This document shows positions 11,695 to 25,033 of a DNA stretch of 64,000 nt, one piece after another (position 1 is the stretch's first letter; each line of letters starts with the position of its first letter). This DNA comes from Dipteris shenzhenensis (Eukaryota): NCBI GenBank assembly GCA_047967505.1, contig CM106538.1, one strand, 5' to 3'. A program made the position numbers and the translations under genes. The notes beneath the pieces were generated by a model. That model was given only the letters and a program-made list of their open reading frames with translations, was not told the origin of the DNA and searched no databases.

Positions 11695-12337
11695 GGTACG
11701 GTCCTTTGCAAAGGCTTTACTTTAAGTAAGTATAAGTCTACCTAGTCAAAGTATCCTACTGATTAGGGACAAGCACATAGGCTAAAAGCACACCGATTCA
11801 TATTTTCTTACATTCATGCTGTATGGTGTATCAGAGGGTGTGATCCTTTGCAAAGGCTTTACTTTAAGTAGTTATAAGTCTACCTAGTCAAAGTATCCTA
11901 TTGATTAGGGACAAGTACATAGGCTAAAAGCACACCGATTCATATTTTCTTACATTCATGCTGCATGGTGTATCAGAAGAAATGAAAAAGGTATATCAGA
12001 AAGTATGATCCTTTGCAAAGGCTTTACTTTAAGTAGTTATAAGTCTACCTAGTCAAAGTATCCTACTAATTAGGGACAAGTACATAGGCTAAAATTAGGG
12101 ACATACCGATTCATATTTTCTTACATTCATGCTGCATGGTGTATCAGAAGAAATGAAAAAGGTATATCAGAAGGTACGATCCTTTGCAAAGGCTTTACTT
12201 TAACTAGTTATAAGTCTACCTAGTCAAAGTATCCTACTGATTAGAGACAAGTACATAGGCTAAAAGCAGGCTAAAAGCATACCGATTCATATTTTCTTAC
12301 ATCCATGCTGCATGGTGTATCAGAAGAAATGAAAAAG
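11695..12337. repeat. ~140-170-bp tandem repeat, 4 copies
   Basis: CCTTTGCAAAGGCTTTACTTTAA at 11703, 11845, 12010, 12181. Confidence 0.9.
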
Positions 12338-13104
12338 TATGTGATAAGAAATATTCAGAAGAAATATGTATTCCATATCATGGATACCATGGATATCTAG
12401 TGGTTGCTAAAGTAAAAAAATGATATGGATGCAATGATACTATAGATTTGTCCAAAGCCTTAAACTTTGTTTAAGGTTTTTGCAAAGTATTACACATAGT
12501 AATAAAGATAAGTAAGTATGCTAAATCTCTTCTAGATTCTATGGTTTTAAATACCTACCTTACAAATACATTATCTAATTTTTCATTCTTCGACTAACTA
12601 ACAAGTATTATACACATGGAATAAAAGCATACATGCTAAAAGTAAGTGTGTAAATTTTAATATTTTCTTATTTTTTAAATTAATTCAATTTTTTTATTGA
12701 CTACTTTTTAAAATTGAAAGGTTATTAGTATATGATCTACATAATTTTAAATTTTATTAATGTATAATATTAATTATTTATATATTTATTTAAATTTATA
12801 TAATAATTAATTTATATTTATATTGGTTTTTAAGTTAATAATGTATAGAATAGCAATATATTCACTAATTCTTCATTGTTTTAAGAATAAGTATTATATA
12901 AAGCACGTATGCTAGAAGACCTCCCTTTCAAGTTATATTTTTTTGATTAATGTATTTATATATTTATTTATATAATATTTATATTAATTTATAGATTAAT
13001 AATATATATTTTTAGAAAATTATATTTTAACATTAGTTAATAAAATTTTATTATATTATGGAGTAAAAATATTATAAATGGATTTCTTATATTAATAAAG
13101 TGTC

Positions 13105-13712
13105 GTGAGAAGAGTTTTTTGGAAAGATTTATGATTAAATTTTGTTTTGAAGTTGTTGCGTAAGCAATAGGTAGGGACGTTTGAGTGGTTTTTGAGGTTG
13201 AGAGAGAAATTTGTAATAAAGTGTCATGAGAAGAGTTTTTTGGAGAGATTTATGATTAATTTTTGTTTTGAAGTTGTTGCGTACGCAATAGGTAGGGAGG
13301 TTTGAGTGGTTTTGAGGTTGAGAGAGAAATGTGTAATAGATTGTTTTTTTTTTTGAGGATTTTTTTGGAGAGATTTATGATTAAATTTTGTTTTGAAGTT
13401 GTTGCGTATGCAATAGGTAGGGAGGTTTGAGTGGTTTTGAGGTTGAGAGAGAAAGTTGTAATAGATTGTTTTTTTTTGTTGATGAGTTTTTTGGAGAGAT
13501 TTATGATTAAATTTTGTTTTAAAGTTGTTGCGTACGCAATAGGTAGGGTTTGAGTGGTTTTGAGGTTGAGAGAGAAATTTGTAATAGATTGTTTTTTTTT
13601 TGTTGAGGAGTTTTTTGGAGAGATTTATGATTAAATTTTGTTTTGAAGTTGTCGCAATAGGTGGGGAGGTTAGAGTGGTTTTGAGGTTGAGAGAGAAATT
13701 TGTAATAGAATA
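13105..13712. repeat. ~120-125-bp tandem repeat, 5 copies
   Basis: Unit GAGATTTATGATTAAATTTTGTTTTGAAGTTGTTGCGTACGCAATAGGTAGGGAGGTTTGAGTGGTTTTGAGGTTGAGAGAGAAA. Confidence 0.9.
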
Positions 13713-14169
13713 GGTTAGGAGAGAAATTTTTAAAAATAGGTTATGAGAGTTTGAGGTAAAGAGGAAAATTTGTGGGAAAAAAGATTTAATGCAAAAATGG
13801 TTTTTTTTAAAGTTGTTGCATACACAAGTTTTTGAGAAAAGGATCGGATTCAAAAAAAAATTCAAATGTATAAAAACTTGATTCTTAGAAGTTCTTGCGT
13901 ACGCAATAGGTTAGAAATGAACTCACCTCTTACAACATTTTGAAAATTTTTTAGAATCCTGCAACAGATTGATGAGAGGAGAGAAGCGTGGAGTGTAAAC
14001 GAATGATCTTTGAATGAAAGAGAGAATGAAGAATGTTCTACTTATAGTGAACCTAAAAGAACTAAAAAAAGCTGACTTGACCTAAAAGCTACCCATTTCC
14101 TATAAAACTCTACTCCTCATTCTCTCTCACAACTCTCCTCATTCTCTCTCACAACTTTGTTGGAGCTCC

Positions 14170-15375
14170 ACCACCTCTCCACCCAGGTACTCCCTCCCTC
14201 CCTCTCGTCCCTTCCCTCCTGCTTCCCATCCCCTCTTCTCTTGCTTCCTCTCTCCCCTCCCTTCCCCTCTCCTCCCTCCCCTCCCTTGCCCTCCCCTCCC
14301 CCTCCCTTCCCCTCTCCTCCCCCTTCTTCTCCCGCTTCCTCTCTCCCCCTCCCTTCCCCTCTCCTCCCGCTTCTCCCCTCCCTCCTTTGGCTTCCTCTCC
14401 TCCCCTCCCCCTCCCTTCTCCTCTCCTCCCCCTTCCCCTCTCCTCCCTCCCCCCTTCCCCTCTCCTCCCTGCCTTCCCTTCTGCTCCCCTACCTCCCCCT
14501 CCCTTCCCCTCCTCTCCCTTCCCGCCGGCCCTTCCCCCTCCCTTCCTCTCCCTCCACCTCCCTGCAGGCCCATCCCTCCCCGCCGTCCCTCCCTTCCCCT
14601 CCCCCTTCCCGAGGCCCCTCGCTCCCCTTCAAGTCGTCTCTCCCTTCCCCCCCTCCCCTTCCCCCGCCCCGCCCCCTTCCCCTCCCTTGCACCCCCCCTC
14701 CCCCTCCCCTGCCTCGCCCCCTTCCCCTCACATGTGCCCCCACTCCCCCTCCCCCTCCCCCGCCCCGCCCCGCCCCCTTCCCCTCCCCCGTGCCCCTCCC
14801 CTCCCCCCCCCTCCCCATCGAGCCGACAGGGGGGGGGGAGGGGAGGGGCGTAGGAGAGGGGTAGGGGCAAGGGAAGGGGAGGGGGCGGGGGCGAGGGGCA
14901 CGGGGAGCGGGAGGGATCCCCCCCCACCTATTGCGCACGCAACAGGGGGGCCCCTCCGCCGCCCCGCCCCGTCCCCTCGTGCTCCCCGTGCCCTCCCCCT
15001 CCCCCCGCCCCTTTCCCTCCCCCTCCCCCATGCCCCTCCCCCCCCTCCCCCATGCCCCTCGCCCTCCCCTCCCTCCCCCGGGGGCGGGGCAGGGCGGGGA
15101 GGGGGAGGAGCCCCCCCCCTGTTGCATGCGCAACAGGTTGGGGGGGGGGAGGGTGAGGGGTGTGGGGGAGGGGGAGCCAACGGGGAGGGGGGGGAGGGGA
15201 GGGGCACAGGGGAGGGGGAGCCGACGGGGGGGGGAGGGGAGGGGCGCAGGGGAGGGGAGGCGGGGAGGGGCCCCCCTGTTGCGTGTGCAACAGGTGGGGG
15301 GGGATCCCTCCCCCACTTGTTGCGCATGCAACAGGGGGAGGGGGGGAGGGTAAGGGGCGCGAGGGAGGGGGGGAG
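14170..15375. repeat. Extremely C/G-rich low-complexity tract with nested inverted repeats
   Basis: C-rich to G-rich strand switches; mirrored blocks around CCTGTTGCnnnnGCAACAGG. Confidence 0.85.
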
Positions 15376-15727
15376 TGTTGAGATATCGAGCTCCACTCGT
15401 GATATGCCAGGGTGACCGTTGTGCATTTATGTCACCGACTTGTTAGCTGTAGATGCGGTTGGTACACCACCCATGAATAATAGCTGGATGATAGCTATCC
15501 TTATGTACTCTAGTTTGTGGCTCAGTAAGTATGCCACCTTAGTTAGCTGAGTTTGGTTTGAGACCCACATATAGGGTTCTTCTATTTCTTTGTACTAGAG
15601 TTCTTTTGGCTTTCACAACTAAGAAGAGGAAAACTTTTTTCAGCCTCCACCTTTGTGTGTATTTCCCCATTGTGTATGTGAGAAAGCTGCAAGTAGGACT
15701 CCTTCCTTCTCTCCCACTATCTTCACA
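15376..15727 (+). mobile_element. Copia LTR: 3' LTR of element B, displaced by inversion
   Basis: TG..CA, 352 bp, preceded by PPT-like GGGGGAG, followed by TGTAT; same length and diagnostic variant (TTCTTCTATTTCTTTGTACTAGAG) as the LTR at 29675-30026. Confidence 0.9.
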
Positions 15728-15953
15728 TGTATCACTTTGACCATATAGGCATAGTGAATGGCTATAAATCCATCATATTTCAGCCTATCCACAGGATAAC
15801 TCTGGTAGACCTGTGCAAAATAGGCTCACTACCAGGTGCTCTCAAAACATCCCTTGTCTTCCTTACTCCAGGTGTAAGAATAGAAGGAATACCCAACTCA
15901 TCATCAAGGCTCTATTCTGAGCCACTGGATTCACCATCCATGTAAGAGTGACC
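15728..15953 (-). mobile_element. Host Copia X, INT-RT linker fragment
   Basis: Reverse complement of the pol segment seen at ~33495-33720 (DGESSGSEQS..YAYMVKVI). Confidence 0.9.
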
Positions 15954-18900
15954 TGTTGAGATATCGAGCTCCACTCATGATATGCCAGGTTGACTATTGT
16001 GCATTTATGTCACCGACTTATTAGTTAGTAGATGCGGTTGGTACACCGCCCATGAATAATAGCTGGATAACAACTATCTTTATGTACTCTAGTTAGTGGC
16101 TCAGTTAGTATGCCACCTAAGTTAGCTGAGTTTGGTTTGAGACCCACATATAGGGTTCGTCTATTCCTTTTGTACCTAAAGAGAGTTCTTTTGGCTTTCA
16201 CAACTAAGAACAGGAAAACTGTTTTCAGCCTCCACCTTTGTGTGTATTCCCCCATTGTGTACATGAGAAAGCTGCAAGTGAGACTCCTTACTTCTCTCCC
16301 ACTCTCTTCACATGGTATTAGAGCTCGGTTCATGGTAAGGAGCTGAAGAAAGCAAACCAAGTTCGTGGTGTCTTGGTAAGAGGATTAGTGTTGCTTTCCT
16401 TTTTCGAGTTTCGAAGCAAGGCTATGTAGGTAGCATAGCCGGAAAGTGCAAGAGTGCACTGTCTCAGATTGGGACGCCCTTCACGATGCGGTGAGAGGGC
16501 GTTTTGAACCCTGTTTTGGTGGAAGAAGTTTTGGGCCCTGTTATGGTGGCAGAAGTTTTTCACAGGCACTGAGAAAGGTGCCCTGTTTTTGCTATTCGAC
16601 CATTGTTCTGCAGGTTGGTGAAAAGTTACCGTAGAAATTGCATTGTATGCCTGTGCACAGATATATTGGGAGTGACAGAATCATTCTTATTTCCTGTTGA
16701 TGCAAAATTGTCACTAGGAAGTGATTGTGTGGTCAAATACCACTTTCGTCAGTTTTGCAGATTTTCCATTGTGAGGCAGAAGTTGTGTTTTTTGTAGTGA
16801 CAGAATATTTTGCAGTGTTTTGTAATGGCATCTAATGCTCTTTCACAAATTGTCATTGAAAAGCTTGACAAAAATAACTTCCCAGCATGGAAGTTTAGAA
16901 TGACGAATTTCCTTAAGGAAAAAGGCTTTTGGGAGCTCATTACTGGAGCTGAACAAGAACCAGTTATTCCTAATGTTCCCAATCAACAGGAGTTATAGGC
17001 ATTTAAAGGCTGGCATGAGAAAGCCGAGAAAGTTATGTACTGGTTGTCTATTAATATTTTAGATTCTATGATTGTGCATATTCAGGGATGCAAGCACGCC
17101 GAAGGAGGTGTGTGATACTTTGACAAAAATGTATAGCACAAATATGCAAGCCAGGAAAATGCAGCTCAAGCAGGAGTTGCATAATGTGCAGAGAGAAAAT
17201 ATGAGCATCAATGACCACCACATGAAGGTGAAGAAGATTTCAGATGCACTTGCTTCCATTGGGTCGCCAGTGGAAGATGATGATTTAGTTTTTGTGACCT
17301 TGAATGGTCTAGGAAAGGATTATGCATAGTTCTAGACATCCATTGCCGTCTGTGAGAATTTTCTTGATTTTGGGGAGTTGATTGCTCTTCTAATTTCTGA
17401 AGAGCAGAGAAATGGTGGTGCATCTTCTTCAAGAGGAACTTCAAAAGAAGTTGTCTTCTACTCAAATGCTGGAAGAGGTAGAGACAGAGGTAGAGTAGGC
17501 CAATCTAGAGGCCATGGTAGAAATCAGAATATGCAGCAAATTCAAGAAAACCAGTCCCATGGAGGAGGACATGGTAACCTTAGAGACAGGGGGAGCCAAA
17601 GAGGTCATGGTGGATGGCAGAGAGGCCAAAATGCAAATAGCAATGTTGAATACTACTAGTACTGTGGTAAAATGGGTCATATGGCTAAAGACTGCTATAA
17701 AAAGCAAAATGGCATCATGAATGGAAAATTGCAGCAAGGGAATTATGCATCCTCTAGTAGACAGGGTGATGACAGAAATGAGCATTTGTTTATGGTGCAG
17801 CACATGACGAATTCTGTGACAAGTGTAGAAGAAAGCAATAATGTGTGGTATATTGACTCAACTGCATCAAACCACATGACATGTCATGCAAAATGGATGC
17901 ACGATGCAAGGAAAATGGAAAGACCAGGATTTGTGGAGACTGGTGATGATACTGCACATCCTATTGTGCAGATTGGTAAAATTCCTTTGTCTATGCAGGA
18001 TGGGAAAAAGAAATACATGTCTGATGTATTTCATGTCCCCAATATCACCAAGAACCTGGTTTCTATTGGTCAAATGGTTGAGCAGGGCTTGCAGGTCAGA
18101 TTTAATCCTCATGGATGCTTTGTTGAGGATATGAAAAATAAAGGTCGCTTGATAGCAAAAGGGAAGAAGAAGGGCAGGATGTTTACGTTGCATGCGGACA
18201 TGCCTGAATTGACTGCAGCAATGTTTACACATGGGACCGGTGTAGTTGCAGATACTGATATCTGGCATAAATGCATTGGTCATGTTAATGTACAGCGACT
18301 TAAATTAATGCATGCCCAAAATATTGTTGTAGGATTGCCTAAGTTCAAGGTTGCAGAAATGCATAAGGTATCTGAAGCCTATCAATTTGGAAAACAGGCA
18401 AGGAAACCATTTCCTAGACGTGTTCAAGAGAGTAAGAGGCCATTGGAATTTATCCACTATGATGTGTGGACTACTAATGCTGCATCTATTGGAGGCTGTC
18501 ATTATTTTGTCACTTTTATTCATGACTATAGCAGGAAAGTTTGGGTGTATTTTTTGAAAAAGAAAAGTGAAGTGTTTGGGCATTTTAAAGCTTTTAAGCT
18601 ATGGTTTCTTGAAAAAGAAACACGCTTGCAAATAAAATGCCTAAGGTTAGATGGAGGGGGAGAGTACCTCTCAAATGAGTTTGCAAGTTTCCTGCAGGAG
18701 CATGGCATAAAGCAACAATATTAATGCAGTCATACCCCATAGCAAAATGGACTTGCAGAAAGGAAAAACAGGCATATTGGAGAGGTATCTCATACCATGC
18801 TCAACAAAAAAGACCTGCCAGATTATTATTGGGTTGAAGCAGTTGCTACAGCCATCTACGTAATGAATAGGACTCCCACTGCAACAATACATGGCATGAC

Positions 18901-21386
18901 ACCAGAGGAGAGGTATACTGGTAGGAAACTAGATATTTCTCATTTGAAAGTTTTTGGTTGCATTGTCTATGTTCATGTGCTAGATGAGTTGAGATCCAAG
19001 TTTGATCCAAAAGCTGAGAAGTGCATCTTTATTGGTTATTCTCTACAGCAGAAAGGATATAGATGCTATAATCCTTCTACTCGTAGTTTATAGTGAGCAA
19101 AGATGTTGTTTTTGATGAGATGAGCAGCTGGTATAAACTAGTAAATGTGATTGATGATGTAGATGCACAAAATGGTAATGCTGCAAAGAATTCACAGCAG
19201 CAATCACAAAATATTAGTGGACCTATAGTGTCCTCTAGCAGTGGTTCACATACTTTGCCATGGAAAGGCAGATTGAGATCAGGAGAATCTCCTCAAAGCA
19301 ATGCAGACAGTGGTATGCAAGTATCACAAAAAGGAAAAGAGAAAGTAGATCAGCTCATTGTTGATGTGAATGTAGGTAACTCTTATGTGGATGGTGAATC
19401 TAGTGGCTCATAATAGAGCCTTGATGACACCTGGAGTAAGGAAGACAAGGGATGTTTTGAGAGCACCTGGTAGTGAGCCTATTCGGCACAGGTGTACTAG
19501 AGTTAAGTATCCTGTGGATAGGCTGAACTATAATGGATTTACAGCCATTCCCTATGCCTATATGGTCAAAGTGATACATGAACCAGAACCCACTTCTTTT
19601 GAGCAACCCATGGGAAAAGAAAAATGGGAGAAAGCCATGGATGAAGAAATGGATGCCTTGGAAGAAAATGCTACATGGGAATTGGTGCCTTGGCCTAAAG
19701 ACAAGAATGCATAGACATATGGCATTGATTATGAAGAAACATTCAGTCCGGTTGCAAGGATGGCAACTGTAAGAGCAATCATTGCTATGGCTGCATCAAA
19801 GGGATGGTCTTTACATCAGATGGATGTAAAGAATGCTTTCTTCCATGGTGATTTGTAAGAAGAGGTCTATATGGAGCAGCCACCAGGTTATGTGCATGCT
19901 GTTCATCCTGAGTTTGTTTGCAGGTTGAAGAAAGCCTTGTATGGCTTGAAGCAAGCACCTAGAGCATGGTCTGACAAAATAGGATAGTATCTTGTCACTT
20001 TTGGCTTTTAAATTCCATGGCAGATTTCTCACTTTATGTGAGAAAAACAGAGAAAGGTATTATGCTACTTGTCATTTATGTTGATGATTTAATCATCACA
20101 GGTGATAGTGATGAAGATATTCTTCATGTAAAAATACTATTGAAGCAGAAGTTTGAGATGAAGGATTTGGGAGAGCCGCGTTACTGCTTGGGCATTGAGG
20201 TGAGTAGATCCACAAGTGGGGTATGGCTCTTGCAGAGGTAGTATGGATTGGACATGCTGTCCAAATATGGGATGATAGGCTGTAAGCCTATTTCAGTTCC
20301 TTTGGAGCAGAATGTGAAGCTGTAGGTGATCTCCTGGAAGACCCTACTATGTACAGATAATTAGGAGGAAGTTTGATTTTTATGACTATTACTAGGCCAG
20401 ATTTGAGCTATGATGTCGGGTTGGTAAGTTAGTTTATGAAGGCTCCAAGGAAACCACATTTGGATGTAGATAGACACATACTGAGGTATGTGAAGTCCAC
20501 ATTGCAATATGGAATACTTTATGAGATTGGGGTTCAGATAGAAAGTCATGGATAGACTGTGCTGATTGGGCTGGTAGTCTTTTTGATAGAGGATCTACCA
20601 GTGGATATGTGTTCTCTTTTGGGAGTGCTACATTCACTTGGAGCAACAAGAAATAGCCTACAGTTGCCTTGTTGAGGACAGAGGCTGAAAACAGGGGTGT
20701 AGCAATGGCTGATGTGAGGTAGCTTTGTTGCATAAGCTACTTTATGATATGCATCAGTCTATAGATGGGCCAGTTGTCATTTATTGTGACAACATGAGCA
20801 GTATACACTTGGCAAACAACCTAGTCTGTCATGCTAGAACAAAGCACATTGAGGTGCATTATCAGTATGTGCGGGAGAAGGTTCTAGTAGGTTTTATTGA
20901 TCTCGTTTATGTCAGCACAGAGGATCAGGTAGCTAACATATTCACAAAGGCATTGGGTGCAGAGAAGCTACGCAAGTTCAGAGACCTGCTTGGTGTGTAG
21001 GAATTGGGATTGAGCTCGAGGGGGAGTGTTGAGATATCGAGCTCCACTCATGATATGCCAGGGTGACCATTGTGCATTTATGTCACTGACTTGTTAGCTG
21101 CAGATGCGGTTGGTACACTACCCATGAATAATAGCTAGATGATAGTTGTCTTTATATACTCTAGTTAGTGGCTCAGTTAGTATGCCACCTAGGCTAGTTG
21201 AGTTTGGTTTGAGACCCACATATAGGGTTCATCTATTCCTTTTGTACCTAGAGAGAGAGTTCTTTTGTCTTTCACAACTAAGAGGAGGAAAATTGTTTTT
21301 AGCCTCGTCCTTTATGTGTATTCCCCCATTGTGTATGTGAGAAGGCTGCAAGTGAGACTCCTTACTTCTCTCCCACTCTCTTCACA
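15954..21386 (+). mobile_element. Ty1/Copia element C, near full length, decayed; LTRs 15954-16312 and 21027-21386; TSD TGACC
   Basis: PBS TGGTATTAGAGC (iMet) at 16313, PPT before 21027, gag/knuckle, protease WYIDSTASNHMT, integrase, RT YVDD, RNase H ANIFTKAL; TGACC at 15949-15953 and 21387-21391. Confidence 0.97.
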
Positions 21387-24300
21387 TGACCTACATTCAC
21401 ATCAACCATGGGCTGATCTACTTCCTCTTTTCCTTTTTGTGATACTTGCATACCACTATCTGCATTGCTTTGAGGAGATCCTCCTGATCTCAATCTGCCT
21501 GTCCATGGCAAAGTATGTGAAGCATTGCTAGAGGACACTACAGGTCCACTAATATTTTGTGATTGCTGTTGTGAATTCTGTGCAACATTACCATTTTGTG
21601 CATCTACATCGTCAATCACATTTACTGGTTTATACTAGCTGCTCATCTCATCAAAAACAACATCTCTGCTCATTGTAAACTTACGAGTAGAAGGGTTATA
21701 GCATCTATACCCTTTCTGCTACAGAGAATAACCAATAAAGATGCACTTCTTAGCTTTTAGATCCAACTTGTATCTCAACTAATCTGGCACATGAACATAG
21801 GCAATGCAACCAAAAACTTTCAAATGAGAAATATCTCATTTCCTACTAGTATGCCTCTCCTCTGGCATCATGCCATGTATTGCTGCAGTGGGAATCCTAT
21901 TCCTTATGTAGACTACTGTAGCAACTGCTTCAGCCCAATAATAATCTGGCAGGTCTTTTTCATTAAGCATGGCATGAGATACCTCTACAATATGCTTGTT
22001 TTTCCTTTCTACAAGTCCATTTTGCTGTGGGGTATGACTGCATGAATATTGCTACTTTATGCCATGCCCTTGCAGGAACCTTGCAAACTCATTTGAGAGG
22101 TACTCTCCCCCTCCATCTGACCTTAGGCATTTTATTTGCAAGCGTGTTTATTTTTCAAGAAACCATAGCTTTAAAAGCTTTAAAATTCCCAAACACTTCA
22201 CTTTTCTTTTTCATAAAATACACCCAAACTTTTCTGCTGTAGTCTCAATAAAAGTGACAAAATAATAATAATGATAGCCTCCAATAGATGCAGCATTAGT
22301 AGTCCACACATCAGAGTGGATTAATTCCAATGGCCTCTTACGCTCTTGAACATGTCTAGGAAATGGTTTCCTTACCTGTTTTCCAAATTGACAGGCTTCA
22401 CATACCTTATGCATTTCTGCAACCTTGAACTTAAGCAATCCTACAACAATATTTTGGGCCTGCATTGATTTAAGTCACTGTACATTAACATGACCAATGC
22501 GTTTATGCCAGATATCAATATCTGCAACTACACTGGTCCCATGTGCAAAAATTGTTGCACTCAATTCAGGCATGTCCGCATCCAATGTAAACATCCTACC
22601 CTTCTTCTTCCCTTTTGCTATCAAGCGACCTTTATTTTTCATATCCTCAACAAACAATCCATGAGAATTAAATCTGACCTGCAAGCCCTGCTCAACCATT
22701 TGACCAATAGAAACCAGGTTTCTGGTGATATTCAGGACATGAAATACATCATTAGGTATTTATTTTTCCCATCCTACATGGACAAAGGAATTTTAAATCT
22801 GCACAATAGGATGTGCAGTATCATCACCAGTCTCCACGAATCCTAGTCTTTCCATTTTCCTTGCATCCTGCATCCATTCTGCATGACTTGTCATGTGGTT
22901 TGATGCACCTGAGTCAACATATCACACATCATTACTTTCTTCTGCACTTGTCACAGAATTGATCATGTGTTGCACCATAAACAAATGCTCATTTCTATTA
23001 TCACCCTGTCTACTAGAGGATGCATAATTGCCTTGTTGCAATTTTCTAGTCATGATGTCATTCTACTTTTTATAGCAGTCTTTAGCCATATGACCCATTT
23101 TACCATAGTAGTAGCATTCAACATTGTTGTTTGCATTTTGACATCTCTACCATCCACCACGACCTCTTTGGCTCCCCCTGCCTCTAAGGTTACCATGTCC
23201 TTCTCCATAGGACTAGTTTTCTTGAATTTGCTGCATATTTCTGATTTTTGCCATGGCCTCTAGATCGACCTACTCTACCTCTACCTCTACCTCTTCCAGT
23301 ATTTGAGTAGAAGATAGCTTCTTTTGAAGTTCCTCCTGAAGAAGATGCACCACCATTTCTCTGCTCTTCAGAAATTAGAAGAGAAATCAACTCCTCAAAA
23401 TCAGGATATTTTTCACGGACGGCAATGGATGTCTGGAATTGTGCATAATCCTTTCCTAGACCATTCAAGGTCACAGAAACTAAATCATCATATTCCACTG
23501 ATGACCCAATGGAAGCAAGTGCATCTGGAATCTTCTTCACCTTCATGTGGTAGTCATTGATGCTCATATTTTCTCTCTGCACATTATGCAACTCCTGCTT
23601 GAGCTGCATTTTCCTGGCTTGCATATTTGTGCTATACATTTTTGTCAAAGTATCCCACGCCTCCTTCGGCATGCTTGCATCTTGAATATGCACAATCATA
23701 GAATCCGAAATACCGATAGATAGCCAGTACATAACTTTTCTGGCTCTCTCATGCCAGCCTTTAAATGCCTGCAACTCCTATTGATTGGGAACATTAGGAA
23801 TAATTGGTTCTTGTTCAGCTCCAGTAATGAACTTCTAATATCCTTTTCCCTTAAGGGAATTCGTCATTCTAAACTTCCATGCTTGGGAGTTGTTCTTGTC
23901 AAGCTTTTCAGTGACTATCTGTGAAAGAGCATTAGATGCCATTATAGAACACTGTAGAAATATTCTATCACTGCAAAAAACACAAATTCTGCCTCACAAG
24001 GGAAAATCTGCAAAACTGACGAAAGTGGTATTTGACCACACAGTCTTTTCCCAGTGATGATTTTGCATCAACAGGCAATAAGAATGATTCTGTCACTCCT
24101 ATTATTTCTACACATAGGCATACAATGCAATTTCTGTGGCAACTTTTCACCAACCTATGGAACAGTGGTCGCATAGCAAAAACAGGGCACTTTTGTGAGT
24201 GTCTTTGGGAAACTTTTGCTATCAATGCAAAGGATGTCCCAATCTGAGACAGTGCACTCTTGCACTTTTCGACTGTGCTACCTGCAGAGATTTGCTCCCA

Positions 24301-24757
24301 AACTCGAAAAAGGAAAGAAATATTGATCCTCTTACCAAGACACCGCAAAGTTGGTTTGCTTTCTTGAGCTCGTTACCATGAACCGAGCTCTGATACCATG
24401 TGAAGAGAGTGGGAGAGAGGTTAGGAGTCTCACTTGCAGCTTTCTCACATACACAATGGGGGAATATACACAAAGGTGGAGGCTGAAAACAGTGTTCCTC
24501 TTCTTAGTTGTGTAAGCCAAAAAGAACTCTCTCTAAGTACAAAAGGAATAGGTGAACCCTATATGTGGGTCTCAAACCAAACTCAGCTAACCTAGGTGGC
24601 ATACTAACGGAGCCACTAACTAGAGTACATAAAGATAGATGTCATCCAGCTATTATTCATGGGCAGTGTACCAACCGCATCTGTAGCTAACAAGTTGAAG
24701 ACATAAATGCACAACGGTCACCCTGGCATATTACGAGTGGAGCTCGATATCTCAATA
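21387..24757 (-). mobile_element. Host Copia X, 5' half (5' LTR 24399-24757, PBS 24387-24398, gag-PR-INT)
   Basis: GCTCTGATACCA adjacent to the LTR; minus-strand ORFs 23190-23774, 22475-22699 and 22211-22465 match the family polyprotein. Confidence 0.95.
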
Positions 24758-24759
24758 GC

Positions 24760-24918
24760 TTTGTCCCTCTCCTTCTCCCTCTCCTGTGGATGTATTGCTG
24801 TTGCTCTGCTGTCCCTCTCCTTCTCCCTATTTTGTGCCTCTGTTGGAGCAGCTCTGTCCCTCTCCTTCTCCCTCTCTTGTACCTTTGTTGCTGCTCCTCT
24901 ATCCCTCTCCTTCTCCTT
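24760..24918. repeat. Short repeats of TCCCTCTCCTTCTCC (4 copies) upstream of a TATA-like tract
   Basis: Motif at ~24764, 24812, 24857, 24902; ATATATATTAA at 24921. Confidence 0.6.
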
Positions 24919-25033
24919 TGATATATATTAAGGGGTAAGAGCCCTTTTTACATCACATTCTCACTTTCACATTTAAAGAGCCCTAGAAACTCCCGTCCTC
25001 AGAAGTTATTCCATCCATCAACTGCTATTTGCC

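Noticed and set aside
12430-12570. LINE RT remnant (IDLSKA...YLTN)
   Set aside because: Only two short motifs in AT-rich sequence; not enough without a profile search
14139-15426. Long Pro/Gly-rich ORFs on both strands
   Set aside because: Artefacts of a stop-poor C/G low-complexity tract
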